Part shown: piece by piece, positions 18,286 through 26,975 of the stretch
Layout: each line of letters begins with the position of its first letter
Position numbering within the stretch: the stretch's first letter is position 1
Assembly: GCA_048939465.1 (NCBI GenBank)
Contig: JBHLPL010000004.1
Span: 10,447-42,446, forward strand
DNA from: Promethearchaeota archaeon
Lineage (GTDB): Archaea > Asgardarchaeota > Odinarchaeia > Odinarchaeales > JBHLKK01
Length of the DNA stretch: 32,000 bases
Reading direction: 5' to 3'
Position numbers and translations under genes: made by a program
Notes under the pieces: model-generated
What the model was told of the DNA's origin: nothing
The model's input: only the letters and a program-made list of their open reading frames with translations
Database searches by the model: none

Positions 18286-18518
18286 TCTTCTTGCGATCCT
18301 GGCTTGTTTATGAGAACTATGTCTCCTACTGCAGCAATCCAGGTGTATGGCATTTTAAGAAGATTGTGGTCTCTGACTGTTTGCTTGAGTTTTATAGTTA
18401 CGTGGGGCAGTGTGCCTGACTCAAAATCAACAGAAATGTCAATGATTTTCCCAACCAACTTCCCAATCAAGGAGTAGACCAGTTTTCCTTTGAGGTTAGA
18501 TATCTTTATACTGATGAT
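18282..18518 (-). CDS. PRC-barrel domain protein (COG1873/YlmC-like), non-canonical start
   Basis: Extending the ORF-track frame upstream gives ISIKISNLKGKLVYSLIGKLVGKIIDISVDFESG...MPYTWIAAVGDIVLI, a complete PRC-barrel pattern. Frame is closed by TAA at 18521-18519; G6 SD at 18529-18524. Confidence 0.85.
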   Translation of the reverse strand: MISIKISNLKGKLVYSLIGKLVGKIIDISVDFESGTLPHVTIKLKQTVRDHNLLKMPYTWIAAVGDIVLINKPGSQED

Positions 18519-18528
18519 TTATTCCCCC

Positions 18529-19236
18529 CTATTTTGATTTGAGTATGATTCTTGAATCTATAGCTATGGCGCCTTTTTCATAGACTATCGTTGGATTTAG
18601 ATCTATCTGGGCAATCTCTTCGTTAGCGCCAACTAAATCGGAGACTCCTAGCAGTATATTTACGACCGCGTTAAAGTCAGCAGGTGGTATTCCTCTGTAG
18701 CCACGGAGAATAGGATAAGCTCTGATTTCCTTTGTCATGTCTTGAGCTTCTCGTTTAGTTATTGGAAGTAGCCTAAAGCTAACATCTTTGAGCAGTTCCA
18801 CAAAAACGCCGCCAAGGCCAAACATTATCGTGGGACCAAATTGGGGGTCAAGTGTCATACCTATGATTACCTCAGCGAGCCCTTTAGGACTGAAATGATA
18901 TACCATAATGCCAATGATTTTTGCATCGGGGACCTTTGATTTCACGCTGCCCATAATAGCCTTGAAGGCATCCTTGACTTCCTGAGCATTTTTGAGATTT
19001 AATTTGACACCGCCAACATCTGTCTTATGTATTATGCCGGGAGAGACCACCTTTAATACGACTGGATATTTCACTTTTTCAGCGATGCCTACAGCTTCGT
19101 CAGCAGTTTGTGCTATGTCAAATGTCGTCGTAGGTATCCCGAACTCACGAATGAGTTCCTTAGATTCGTGCTCCATGAGAAAGACTCTTTCCTCAGATAT
19201 TGCCGTTTTAATAATCTTTCTTGCCTGCAAATTCAT
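18529..19236 (-). CDS. acdB: ADP-forming acyl-CoA synthetase beta subunit (ATP-grasp)
   Basis: EHESKELIREFGIP, YPVVLKVVSPGIIHKTDVGGV, DPQFGPTIMFGLGG, IDLNP, AIDSRI. Start placed at ATG 19236 after GGTGGG (ORF track: 19416). Confidence 0.93.
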   Translation of the reverse strand: MNLQARKIIKTAISEERVFLMEHESKELIREFGIPTTTFDIAQTADEAVGIAEKVKYPVVLKVVSPGIIHKTDVGGVKLNLKNAQEVKDAFKAIMGSVKSKVPDAKIIGIMVYHFSPKGLAEVIIGMTLDPQFGPTIMFGLGGVFVELLKDVSFRLLPITKREAQDMTKEIRAYPILRGYRGIPPADFNAVVNILLGVSDLVGANEEIAQIDLNPTIVYEKGAIAIDSRIILKSK

Positions 19237-19283
19237 AATTCTGCCCACCGTCATTATATGTAAATGAAGTATTTGAAGATTTT

Positions 19284-20045
19284 TTACACGCCAATATCCT
19301 CTCCTCCCCAAAAGATTCTTGAGAGCTCCGCGTACAGATTCTCCAGTCCTGTATTTCTTGATGCCGAGACGGGGAGAAGAATGTTGAATGCTTCTAGTTG
19401 GCCTAGTGCACGACATATTTCTATGCTAATTTCCTTCCGTAACCCCGCTGTCTCCTCCCTCACTGCCCCTAATAGCTCATACGGATCTTCAGACCAGTTC
19501 AGCAGTCTCTCGATTTCAGCATCCGATAGCAGATCGGATTTGGAGAGGATATTTAGCTGGGGAATTGAAAAGCGATATTGCGTTGATGCACCAAGAAGTA
19601 ATAAAGAAACGAAATCAGAGGGGCGTTTTGCCAAAATAGGATCTACGAGAAAAAGGAGAGTCCTTTGTGATCCTCCAAGCGTAGTTACTATGAAGGGACC
19701 AGAACTCCTGAAAGTGAAAAGCTCCATTTGCCCAGGAGTGTCGACAAGAATGAATTCGGGCCGCAGTTCTTCAATCTCGTCTTTGATCTCCCCAATTTTC
19801 TCGGCTATCATGTCGGCAGAGAAAATTAGGGCTCCATTTGGACCCAGACCGTATTCTCGCATGATCCTATCAATATCTATGAAATCCCTTACATCAACAT
19901 CGGGTGAATAGGGCAATTGAATAACGCTTGGATCTAGATTCACAGTCGCCAGATCTACATTATTTGCCCTTAGCCATTCTGAAAATGAAGATGTTAGACT
20001 CGACTTGCCAGACCCTGCAGTCCCCAAAACATAAACCGAAACCAT
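19284..20045 (-). CDS. GPN-loop GTPase (archaeal PAB0955-like)
   Basis: GTAGSGKSS, VNLDP, GLGPNG (GPN loop), DTPGQMELF, LSKSDL, VSA. Confidence 0.96.
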   Translation of the reverse strand: MVSVYVLGTAGSGKSSLTSSFSEWLRANNVDLATVNLDPSVIQLPYSPDVDVRDFIDIDRIMREYGLGPNGALIFSADMIAEKIGEIKDEIEELRPEFILVDTPGQMELFTFRSSGPFIVTTLGGSQRTLLFLVDPILAKRPSDFVSLLLLGASTQYRFSIPQLNILSKSDLLSDAEIERLLNWSEDPYELLGAVREETAGLRKEISIEICRALGQLEAFNILLPVSASRNTGLENLYAELSRIFWGGEDIGV

Positions 20046-20084
20046 GTTCCCTAAACCTCCTAAAGCAAATGGATAACAACATTT

Positions 20085-20300
20085 ATGAGAATTCCTTTCT
20101 TAAGAGTATTTAGCAATACATCCGGGGCAAGAAAGGTGCGGAAGGAGAATTTGTGCAGTGTAGTTAACTGTCAAAAGACCCTAAAAAAAGGAGAATTTGT
20201 TGAAATAGGAGGAAAAACATACTGCTTAGAATGCGCAGTTCTGATTTCAAAATCCGAAGTTGGGAGATTAATGAGGGGGGTATCTTTTGAAAGAGACTAG
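20085..20300 (+). CDS. Small four-Cys zinc-finger protein
   Basis: CSVVNC-x17-CLEC with the FVEIGGKTYC hairpin; overlaps the start of the cinA-like gene. True start may be GTG 20136 or TTG 20151. Confidence 0.65.
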   Translation: MRIPFLRVFSNTSGARKVRKENLCSVVNCQKTLKKGEFVEIGGKTYCLECAVLISKSEVGRLMRGVSFERD

Positions 20301-21096
20301 GTTTGAACTAATTTTCCCCGCAAACGAGGTTCTTATCGGGAAAACACTCAACACAAATGGCCGTTGGATGGCAAAGAGAATAACATCTTTGGGTGGAAAA
20401 GTTGTAAGATTCACCGTGGTACAGGATGACGTTGGTGTGATCTCCGCTACGATGAGGAGGGCGGCAAAGAGATCTAATGTGATTATAGTATCTGGGGGTT
20501 TAGGCCCAACATATGATGATAAAACTCTTCAAGGATTGGGGGAAGCTATCAACAAAGCCTTAAGACTCGATACAAAAGCACTTGGAATGATTAAAGAGAA
20601 ATATAGAAAAATACAGGAGAAAGGTGTTATCAAAAATGCAACAATAACCGATCATCGGAAGAAAATGGCAATGTTACCTGAAGGCAGCATCCCTCTGCCA
20701 AATCCTCTTGGATCGGCTCCTGGTGTATACGCTGAGTATGAGGGGGCTCGGATTATTTGTCTCCCAGGAGTTCCTTCAGAGCTTAAAGCAATCTTTGAGG
20801 AAAGTGTCGTTCCCATAATTAGAAAAATGGTAAAGGGAGCAATATTCGCTGAGGAGAGTTTTGTTTTGGAAGAGATAGTTGAGTCTGAGCTTGCGCCTCT
20901 AATCGAGCAAGCCATGAGTAGGGATTCCTATGTCTACATTAAATCTCACCCACTAGGATACGAGGGCATTTCAAAAGTGATAATTCACATTACCGCAACT
21001 GGAGATGAGGATGTAAAAATGAGAGTCAGGAGAGCTTCTGATTTCTTGAAAAGAGAGCTTATAAGAAGAGGAGGAAAGATCAAGGAAGAATCATAG
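20287..21096 (+). CDS. CinA N-terminal/molybdopterin-binding domain protein (COG1058)
   Basis: NEVLIGKTLNTNG, VVQDD, SGGLGPTYDDKT, NPLGSAPG, LPGVPSE, YIKSHP. Confidence 0.9.
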   Translation: MKETRFELIFPANEVLIGKTLNTNGRWMAKRITSLGGKVVRFTVVQDDVGVISATMRRAAKRSNVIIVSGGLGPTYDDKTLQGLGEAINKALRLDTKALGMIKEKYRKIQEKGVIKNATITDHRKKMAMLPEGSIPLPNPLGSAPGVYAEYEGARIICLPGVPSELKAIFEESVVPIIRKMVKGAIFAEESFVLEEIVESELAPLIEQAMSRDSYVYIKSHPLGYEGISKVIIHITATGDEDVKMRVRRASDFLKRELIRRGGKIKEES

Positions 21097-21840
21097 ACTC
21101 GGTGGCAAGAATTCTCTGAGTCGCTTTATTAGACCCTCTCTCGTATCAATTGCGGACACTGCGAGTGGAATTCTCTCAGATTCAGCTATCCTTATGGCGA
21201 GGGGATCCGTGCGGTCCACTCCGTGCAACACGACTGCAGCTGGTTTGATTCCGGGAGCTCCCAGCCCCATCTGACTTGTCTTTATGGCTACCATCGGAGA
21301 ACGTCCCTTATGAACGTTTGTAAAGATTGCAACTCTCTTTGGCGTTGTACCATAGAGTTGAAGCATTTGCTGAGGAGTTAGATTCAGAATTGCATTAATA
21401 GAATCAATTGCAGTGTAGCCAAAAATGTTCTGATCTAGAAGAGCGGGGCATGCAAGCACATCGCACTCTAAGTGCTCGCAGAACGTCGAAAGCTTCACTG
21501 GAACCGGGAACTCCCTTATGGCAAGCAGGCAATCGGAGGGAATTTCTAGGCCAAGTATGCGCTTGAAAGCGTTTATTGTCCCGCCCCCTTTTTTGTAATC
21601 GAGAAGAATGATGGCTTCAACGAATTTCCTAATCGTTTCCATGCGAGGAGAATTGCGCCTACCACTTTCATTGTCGCTTATCACTGACGGGGAAACATTC
21701 AGAAAACTAGCGAGATCCTTTTGGGTGATTTTGAGTTTGTTTCGCCACTTCTTCATGACAGCACCAGGATTGTCAGCCAGTGTAATCTCGCCAGCTATTC
21801 CTTCTGCCAGAAGCCCGATAGCATTGTCTTTAGGAAGCAT
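21091..21840 (-). CDS. Predicted XRE-type HTH transcriptional regulator (COG1709-like)
   Basis: IAGEITLADNPG, KKWR, ITQKDLASFLNVSPSVISDxESGRR.SP, GYTAIDS, GRSPMVAIK, KPAAVVLHG. Confidence 0.88.
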   Translation of the reverse strand: MLPKDNAIGLLAEGIAGEITLADNPGAVMKKWRNKLKITQKDLASFLNVSPSVISDNESGRRNSPRMETIRKFVEAIILLDYKKGGGTINAFKRILGLEIPSDCLLAIREFPVPVKLSTFCEHLECDVLACPALLDQNIFGYTAIDSINAILNLTPQQMLQLYGTTPKRVAIFTNVHKGRSPMVAIKTSQMGLGAPGIKPAAVVLHGVDRTDPLAIRIAESERIPLAVSAIDTREGLIKRLREFLPPSL

Positions 21841-21997
21841 GGAACATCAGTCTTACGATGATGCTTTGCATATTTAAAGATATTACAGAGGGTCTCGCTG
21901 GCTACTTCCTTTCTAGGAACCCAGAATTCCAAAACCTCCGATAGATTAATAACTTCACAACAGAAAAAGGACTAGAATCGAGAAGGATGGATGATCT

Positions 21998-23068
21998 ATG
22001 GCAAACGGGTTTGAAGCCACACTTGAGAAATATGCTGAAAGGGTCAATAACGCATTGAATGGACTTATCAAAAGGGAAGTTGACGTAGCCAGTAGGTTAA
22101 CTCCAATTCATGGAGAATATTATGGAGACATAGGAGAGTATTTAGAGAGGGGTGGTAAGAGGCTTCGACCTGCTGCCCTTATCGTTGGGTACGAGGGTGT
22201 CGGAGCCAAGGGAAGTGGAGACATTGATCTGGCCTCGCTTTCAATAGAGTTGCTCCACAATGCAACGCTGCTGCATGATGATCTCATTGATCATGATGAA
22301 ATTAGGAGAGGCGGACCGACGTTTCATGCCAAATACCGAGAAAGATACAGAAAGAGGGTAGATAAGGCCGAGGATTTCGGCATGGCTGCAGCGATTCTGG
22401 GGGGGAATTCAACCTATAATCTTGGATTGGAAATACTACTTAGGTCCGGTTTTAAGCCAGATATAACAGTCCAAGCAATTTCTCTGTATCAAAGATCATT
22501 TAGAGAAGTCATAGAAGGGGTCTTATTTGAGAGTTTCTTAGCCCTGAAAGGAGAGTCAAACGAAGATGAGTATTTAGATGTGATTCGCCTGAAGACTTCT
22601 GCGCTTTTCGAGAAAGGATTGCTGATTGGAGCAACGCTCGGAGGCGGTACCGATTCTCAGAAGAAAGCTATTAGTCGATATGCAATACAAACAGGACAGG
22701 CATTCCAAATTCAGGATGATATCCTGGGCACATTTGGGACAGAGAAGGTGACCGGAAAGCCCGCGGATTCTGATATCAAAGAAGGAAAGCAGACCATATT
22801 GATAATAAAAGCGTTTGAACTCGCAACCGAGTCAGAAAAAGAGAATATCAAAAACGTCCTGGGAAATCAAAACGCTTCGCAGAATGAGATTAGCGCTGTA
22901 AGGAGAATTATTGAAGATGTTGGTGCACTGGATTACTCAAAGAAGTTGTCGATAAGGCTGGCAGAAGACAGTCAGAAAAGCCTCGATTCCGCAAAGCCGG
23001 AACTGACTCAAGAAGCCAGCAGATTTTTAAAACAGCTTAGTGATTTTGTTGTTAAGAGAAACTACTAA
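21998..23068 (+). CDS. idsA: Polyprenyl (geranylgeranyl) diphosphate synthase
   Basis: RGGKRLRP, FARM HDDLIDHDEIRRG, LKTSALF, SARM FQIQDDILG, SDIKEGK. Confidence 0.95.
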   Translation: MANGFEATLEKYAERVNNALNGLIKREVDVASRLTPIHGEYYGDIGEYLERGGKRLRPAALIVGYEGVGAKGSGDIDLASLSIELLHNATLLHDDLIDHDEIRRGGPTFHAKYRERYRKRVDKAEDFGMAAAILGGNSTYNLGLEILLRSGFKPDITVQAISLYQRSFREVIEGVLFESFLALKGESNEDEYLDVIRLKTSALFEKGLLIGATLGGGTDSQKKAISRYAIQTGQAFQIQDDILGTFGTEKVTGKPADSDIKEGKQTILIIKAFELATESEKENIKNVLGNQNASQNEISAVRRIIEDVGALDYSKKLSIRLAEDSQKSLDSAKPELTQEASRFLKQLSDFVVKRNY

Positions 23069-23113
23069 CGCTCCAAACTACCCGGTAATCGGTATCTTGA
23101 CGGTGAGGATGTC

Positions 23114-23476
23114 ATGACTAGCATTAATATTAAGCTTTTTGCAACATTCAGGGAGCTCATGGGTAGGAAAGAAATGAGGCTGGAGCTGGGAAATGAGGAG
23201 AAGCATACTGTGCTGGGCGCTATAGAGAAGCTGATAGAGAAGAAGGGAAGTGTCATCGGAACCAGGTTATTTGATGAAAAGGGGGATTTGAGGAAAGGTG
23301 TCCAAATCTTCCTAAATGGTAGGAAGGTTCGTACATCTAACAAGGCAGAAATCTCAATCAAAAACAATGATGAGATAGCAATCCTCCCTACAGTAGGAGG
23401 AGGCGGAGCTATCTTAGGGTTTTTACCATGTATGCCCCTTCATGATGATATCCCAGACGTTTATAATATTCTCTGA
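23114..23476 (+). CDS. MoaD/ThiS/SAMP ubiquitin-like protein with a C-terminal extension
   Basis: IKLFATFREL, IFLNGR, DEIAILPTVGG beta-grasp pattern, followed by GG and 22 further residues. Confidence 0.9.
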   Translation: MTSINIKLFATFRELMGRKEMRLELGNEEKHTVLGAIEKLIEKKGSVIGTRLFDEKGDLRKGVQIFLNGRKVRTSNKAEISIKNNDEIAILPTVGGGGAILGFLPCMPLHDDIPDVYNIL

Positions 23477-24989
23477 CACCTATACCGCTTGTCACAACAA
23501 CTTTCTTAGAATCAAATCTCTCATTGCTGATTCTTTCAGCGAGATCTAGAAGTCTTCTGCCAAAACCTCGATGCTGCCATTCATCTGACGGCTCCTCACC
23601 CACTGGTACTACGGGACCATATACATGAAGTTCTCTCACAATGGCTGAATCCGTTGCGCGGATCTCAGGCCTATGAGCTTTTTCCGAGGGTATTCTTAGT
23701 CTAAGAAAGCCAACTAGGATCTTCTGCTCAACATCATCAAAAGAGAGAAATAGCTCGATTCCTCCTGAGGATTTGTACTCTTCAACAGAAAGTTTTATGT
23801 CATTTAGCCCAGGCAGTATGCCTTTCTTTTGAAACAAATGCCCTACTTCATGACACCTGATACAATTGCAGGTTAGATCTCTTTTCGCTATCTCAGCCAG
23901 TACCACCTCTCTCAGGTTGCTCTTTTTGACTCCTTCATCTATCAAGGGAGCAGGTATGTCTCTTTGCATCCTTTGAATTCTGACCCAGCGAGGTAGGTTT
24001 GGCAAGACCTCAGACAGGAGTCCAACCATATCTTCAGTCTTGTAAGGTACATATTCACCCTTCTGCCACATCTCATAAAGCTCAGTGCCCTTGAGAACGA
24101 GACACGGATAGATCTTTAGCATATCCGGCCTAAACTTGGGTGAGGAAAAGATTCTTCTGAAGACTTCTAAGTCTTTTTTGGGATTTGAACCGGGCAGACC
24201 CGGCATAATATGGTAGCATACTTTAAGCCCCGAGTCTTTTAGGATTTGAGTGGCGCTTATTACATCTTCGACTGTATGTCCTCTTCTAATAAGCCGGTAA
24301 ATCTCACTGTATATGGTTTGAACACCTAACTCCACTCGAGTGGTTCCCATCTCGAGCATGCGATCAACATGACTTTCTTTGCTATAGTCGGGTCTTGTTT
24401 CTATAGTAATCCCAACATTTCTAACCTTAGCGATTTCAGCACGAAGCTGTGCATCTTCCAGTGTACTGCTCTCTTTTTCAGACAGAGCAATCAGACATCG
24501 GCGAACAAACCAGTATTGATAATCTAAGGGCATAGCGGGAAAGGTTCCGCCCATGATAATGAGCTCCACTTTATCTACCTTATGACCCATTGAGTCAAGT
24601 TGTAGAAGACGATTTCTAACTTGCATGAATGGATCGAAATCATTCTGGATTGCACGCATGGCCGCAGGTTCATGACCCGTATAGCTTTGCGGAGAGCCGT
24701 ACTGAGGGCCTCCGGGACAATAAACGCATCTTCCATGCGGGCATTCGTAAGGTTCCGTCATAACAGCGATAACAGCAACACCAGAAATTGTGCGAGTTGG
24801 CTTCCGTGTTAGAAGAGGGAGGAGTCTCTCTCGCTCACCGGGACTTGCAAACATCAGGATCTGTGTGTTGCTCGGCATCTCCTTTAGGTGATGCCTGCTG
24901 CATACTTCTCGTTTTACCTTGCCTACTTCGGACTTTCTGAAGTTGCCGCGCGTTAGATGTGTTATTATCTCCCTACAGACGAGTTCCAA
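23409..24989 (-). CDS. elp3: Elongator Elp3 (radical SAM + KAT), tRNA U34 carboxymethylation
   Basis: CPHGRCVYCPGG, IMGGTF, IETRPDY, RVELGVQT, MPGLPG, KIYPCLV, VRELHVYG, QHRGFG, GIGVREYY. Start placed at TTG 24989 after GAGGG (ORF track: 25073). Confidence 0.98.
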   Translation of the reverse strand: MELVCREIITHLTRGNFRKSEVGKVKREVCSRHHLKEMPSNTQILMFASPGERERLLPLLTRKPTRTISGVAVIAVMTEPYECPHGRCVYCPGGPQYGSPQSYTGHEPAAMRAIQNDFDPFMQVRNRLLQLDSMGHKVDKVELIIMGGTFPAMPLDYQYWFVRRCLIALSEKESSTLEDAQLRAEIAKVRNVGITIETRPDYSKESHVDRMLEMGTTRVELGVQTIYSEIYRLIRRGHTVEDVISATQILKDSGLKVCYHIMPGLPGSNPKKDLEVFRRIFSSPKFRPDMLKIYPCLVLKGTELYEMWQKGEYVPYKTEDMVGLLSEVLPNLPRWVRIQRMQRDIPAPLIDEGVKKSNLREVVLAEIAKRDLTCNCIRCHEVGHLFQKKGILPGLNDIKLSVEEYKSSGGIELFLSFDDVEQKILVGFLRLRIPSEKAHRPEIRATDSAIVRELHVYGPVVPVGEEPSDEWQHRGFGRRLLDLAERISNERFDSKKVVVTSGIGVREYYKRLGYHHEGAYMVKTLR

Positions 24990-25100
24990 AGGGCTTCCCT
25001 CAGATTCTGACTTGAGCGAGACTATTTTGCTGGAAGGGAAAAATACATTTATCCTATTTCGTAGAAAAACCAAAAACTAAAAGGGCAAAACAAAGCGGAA

Positions 25101-25292
25101 TTAAGAAGGTTGACCAGCTTGACGCCCGTATTTTACACGCTTTAGAAAGTTTTTCCTGTTTCGAATTCGCGGAGTCGTTTTTGCTCTCTTCTTTCCCGAT
25201 ACTTTGGGCGTCTGGCCCCTAACCTTACCAGCCTATTGACCTGATAGTCGAAGCGACATTCAGATTGTCAGGCTTCCATGAGACCCAGGCAT
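25101..25292 (-). CDS. rps30e: Ribosomal protein S30e (eS30), split by an intron: exon 1 25292-25265, exon 2 25234-25101; spliced product 53 aa [53 protein letters not shown]
   Basis: GGAGGT SD at 25304-25299; hallmark eS30 motif [16 protein letters not shown] and PRxRNR; the frame is contiguous once 30 nt are removed. Confidence 0.95.
25235..25264 (-). other. 30-nt bulge-helix-bulge (BHB) pre-mRNA intron
   Basis: Intron UCUGAAUGUCGCUUCGACUAUCAGGUCAAU. Central helix UGAC/GUCA, 3-nt bulges AA|U and AU|A, flanking helices AGCC/GGCU and CUGA/UCAG. Contains in-frame UGA and contributes the U of an in-frame UAG. Confidence 0.92.
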
Positions 25293-25590
25293 TCTTATTA
25301 CCTCCCTTGAATATGTCTTTCTCTAACATACTTATCCCCATGTGTTTGAGCATTTTCGCTTGGCTCTTTATCCCTATCATCTCTCCTACTTAAAAACTCT
25401 TCCAATCTCCCTCCCTCTTTTCATCTTAGCCTAAGGTGATGCTTCAATACTTCTTTCGCAAAATGCCTTCCATTCTTGATATAAGGAGCTGATTCGCGTA
25501 AATACCTTTTTGAGATTTCTCAACATAATAGCATAATGAGCGTTCTGGGACTGCGGATTCCGTTCTTTCTTTGGACAGTAATGCAGAAAA

Positions 25591-26226
25591 CTAGCCTATA
25601 CGGATGATTCTACCTCGTCTACTGACAACAAGTGTTTTCTCAGGTTCCTTTCTAACCAGCTTGTTTCCCTTAATGACTAACTTTGTGCCTTCGTGAATCA
25701 TGACGAGCCGATCTCTCTTGGCCATAAGATGGGATTCTCTACCTTCATTATCGATGATGTTTGCAAGCCATCCTTTCTCCTTGGAATCTAGGAAGTCGGA
25801 CGACCAATCTTCACTCTTGCGCATGAATCTATCAAATATCTGCCAGGCTCTCTCCTTAGCTTCTTCGGCAGACTCCAGATAACGGCTCCTTAAATCAGTA
25901 TCCTCGGCGGGTTCAGTGCTGGGCGCAGACCAATCCCTCCCTTGATCTAGCAACAGAAGACTGCCATCCCATTTGTGCTCTTCACTCTGACCAATTGCAC
26001 CTTGCTTTGTCTCTACGATAGCATCGACGATGAAATAGCCAAATCCGAGAAAAACGCCACCCACAGAAATCCCGTCTAGAAGAAGGGGAAAATATAGAGT
26101 ACCTGAACCTACGTTGACAAGAGCTCTTTCAGATTGTGTGATGTTTGAGTCTTTGCTGACTTTCCCCGATAGGTCACCTAACACTAGCTCATTCTTAGCA
26201 CGTTTGCGAGACTTGCTTTCATCCAT
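25591..26226 (-). CDS. Hypothetical protein (211 aa)
   Basis: Long ORF directly downstream of the ArsR-like gene (6-nt gap); no family recognised. C-terminus consists of short beta-strand-like units. Confidence 0.75.
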   Translation of the reverse strand: MDESKSRKRAKNELVLGDLSGKVSKDSNITQSERALVNVGSGTLYFPLLLDGISVGGVFLGFGYFIVDAIVETKQGAIGQSEEHKWDGSLLLLDQGRDWSAPSTEPAEDTDLRSRYLESAEEAKERAWQIFDRFMRKSEDWSSDFLDSKEKGWLANIIDNEGRESHLMAKRDRLVMIHEGTKLVIKGNKLVRKEPEKTLVVSRRGRIIRIG

Positions 26227-26232
26227 ATCTAA

Positions 26233-26934
26233 CTAGCCCTCCTCCCTCTTTTCTTCATCAGATTCTGTTTCTTTGACCTCTGTTGTTCGCATCTGATTGT
26301 GCAGATACTCAGCAAGTTTCAACGCCATTCGGCCTGGGATTGTAATAAGATATCGGCCCCTGACTCGTTCCTGAGCAATATAACCTGCTTCCTCCAATTG
26401 CTTCAGATGATGCGGGAGTGTTCCTGGTGCAAGACCAGATTCGTTCATCAAATCTTGATGATAGCGAGGACTCTCTGCAAGCAGGTATAGCAGCTTGATT
26501 CGTTCGGCACTAGCTAACGGTGATAACAGTCTGTGGGCTTCTTCTGGAGGTACAGGTCTTATTGGTTCCTCTCCTTCTTCGCTTATGAATATTTCTTTGT
26601 TTCCTTTTCGGATATACTTGCCGCTAGGTCCGACAAGAATCGTTTTTCGAAGTGTTTTATCCACCCCTCTCATCACATCCCCTATAACCAAGCTGATGTA
26701 CTCACCCAACTCCTTCCCGCGAGCATCCAAGCGCCGACCGAGTTTATCCATTCTTTCCCCGATCTCCTCATTTATTCGATCAATATGCTGTTCCTTTCTT
26801 TTCATAGGGGGTTCTTCTGTAACTCTACCCACCTGTTCTCGAAGATCGTTCATTTGCTCTTGTAGTCTGCGGATTTGCTCTTTCAGGCTCTCGGCTTCTT
26901 TCTCCTCTTTTCTTTCCTTATCTTCTTTGGCCAT
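26233..26934 (-). CDS. ArsR-family wHTH regulator with N-terminal coiled coil
   Basis: LASAERIKLLYLL...DLMNESGLAPGTLPHHLKQLEEAGYI...GRYLIT; charged heptad-rich N-terminus. Confidence 0.88.
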   Translation of the reverse strand: MAKEDKERKEEKEAESLKEQIRRLQEQMNDLREQVGRVTEEPPMKRKEQHIDRINEEIGERMDKLGRRLDARGKELGEYISLVIGDVMRGVDKTLRKTILVGPSGKYIRKGNKEIFISEEGEEPIRPVPPEEAHRLLSPLASAERIKLLYLLAESPRYHQDLMNESGLAPGTLPHHLKQLEEAGYIAQERVRGRYLITIPGRMALKLAEYLHNQMRTTEVKETESDEEKREEG

Positions 26935-26975
26935 TTATATCGGACTCCTGTTGGTTTTTTGAGTTCCTAAATCCC

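Noticed and set aside
19237-19416. N-terminal extension of acdB in the ORF track
   Set aside because: Overlaps the GPN GTPase 3' end; an SD-preceded ATG at 19236 gives a normal-length beta subunit.
21660-21700. COG1709 HTH shows SDNESGRR and SPRM where SDYESGRR and SPG are recalled as usual
   Set aside because: Point substitutions judged from memory of the consensus; cannot be distinguished from normal divergence.
24181-24191. tRNA T-loop-like GGTTCAAATCC on the minus strand
   Set aside because: Lies inside elp3 (codons for PGSNP); the T-stem does not pair beyond 2 bp and there is no acceptor stem or D arm.
25233-25262. Selenocysteine/pyrrolysine readthrough as the explanation for the stops in rps30e
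   Set aside because: Would need both UGA and UAG recoding and would insert 10 residues into the conserved HGSLTKAGK motif. The exact BHB geometry explains the data better.
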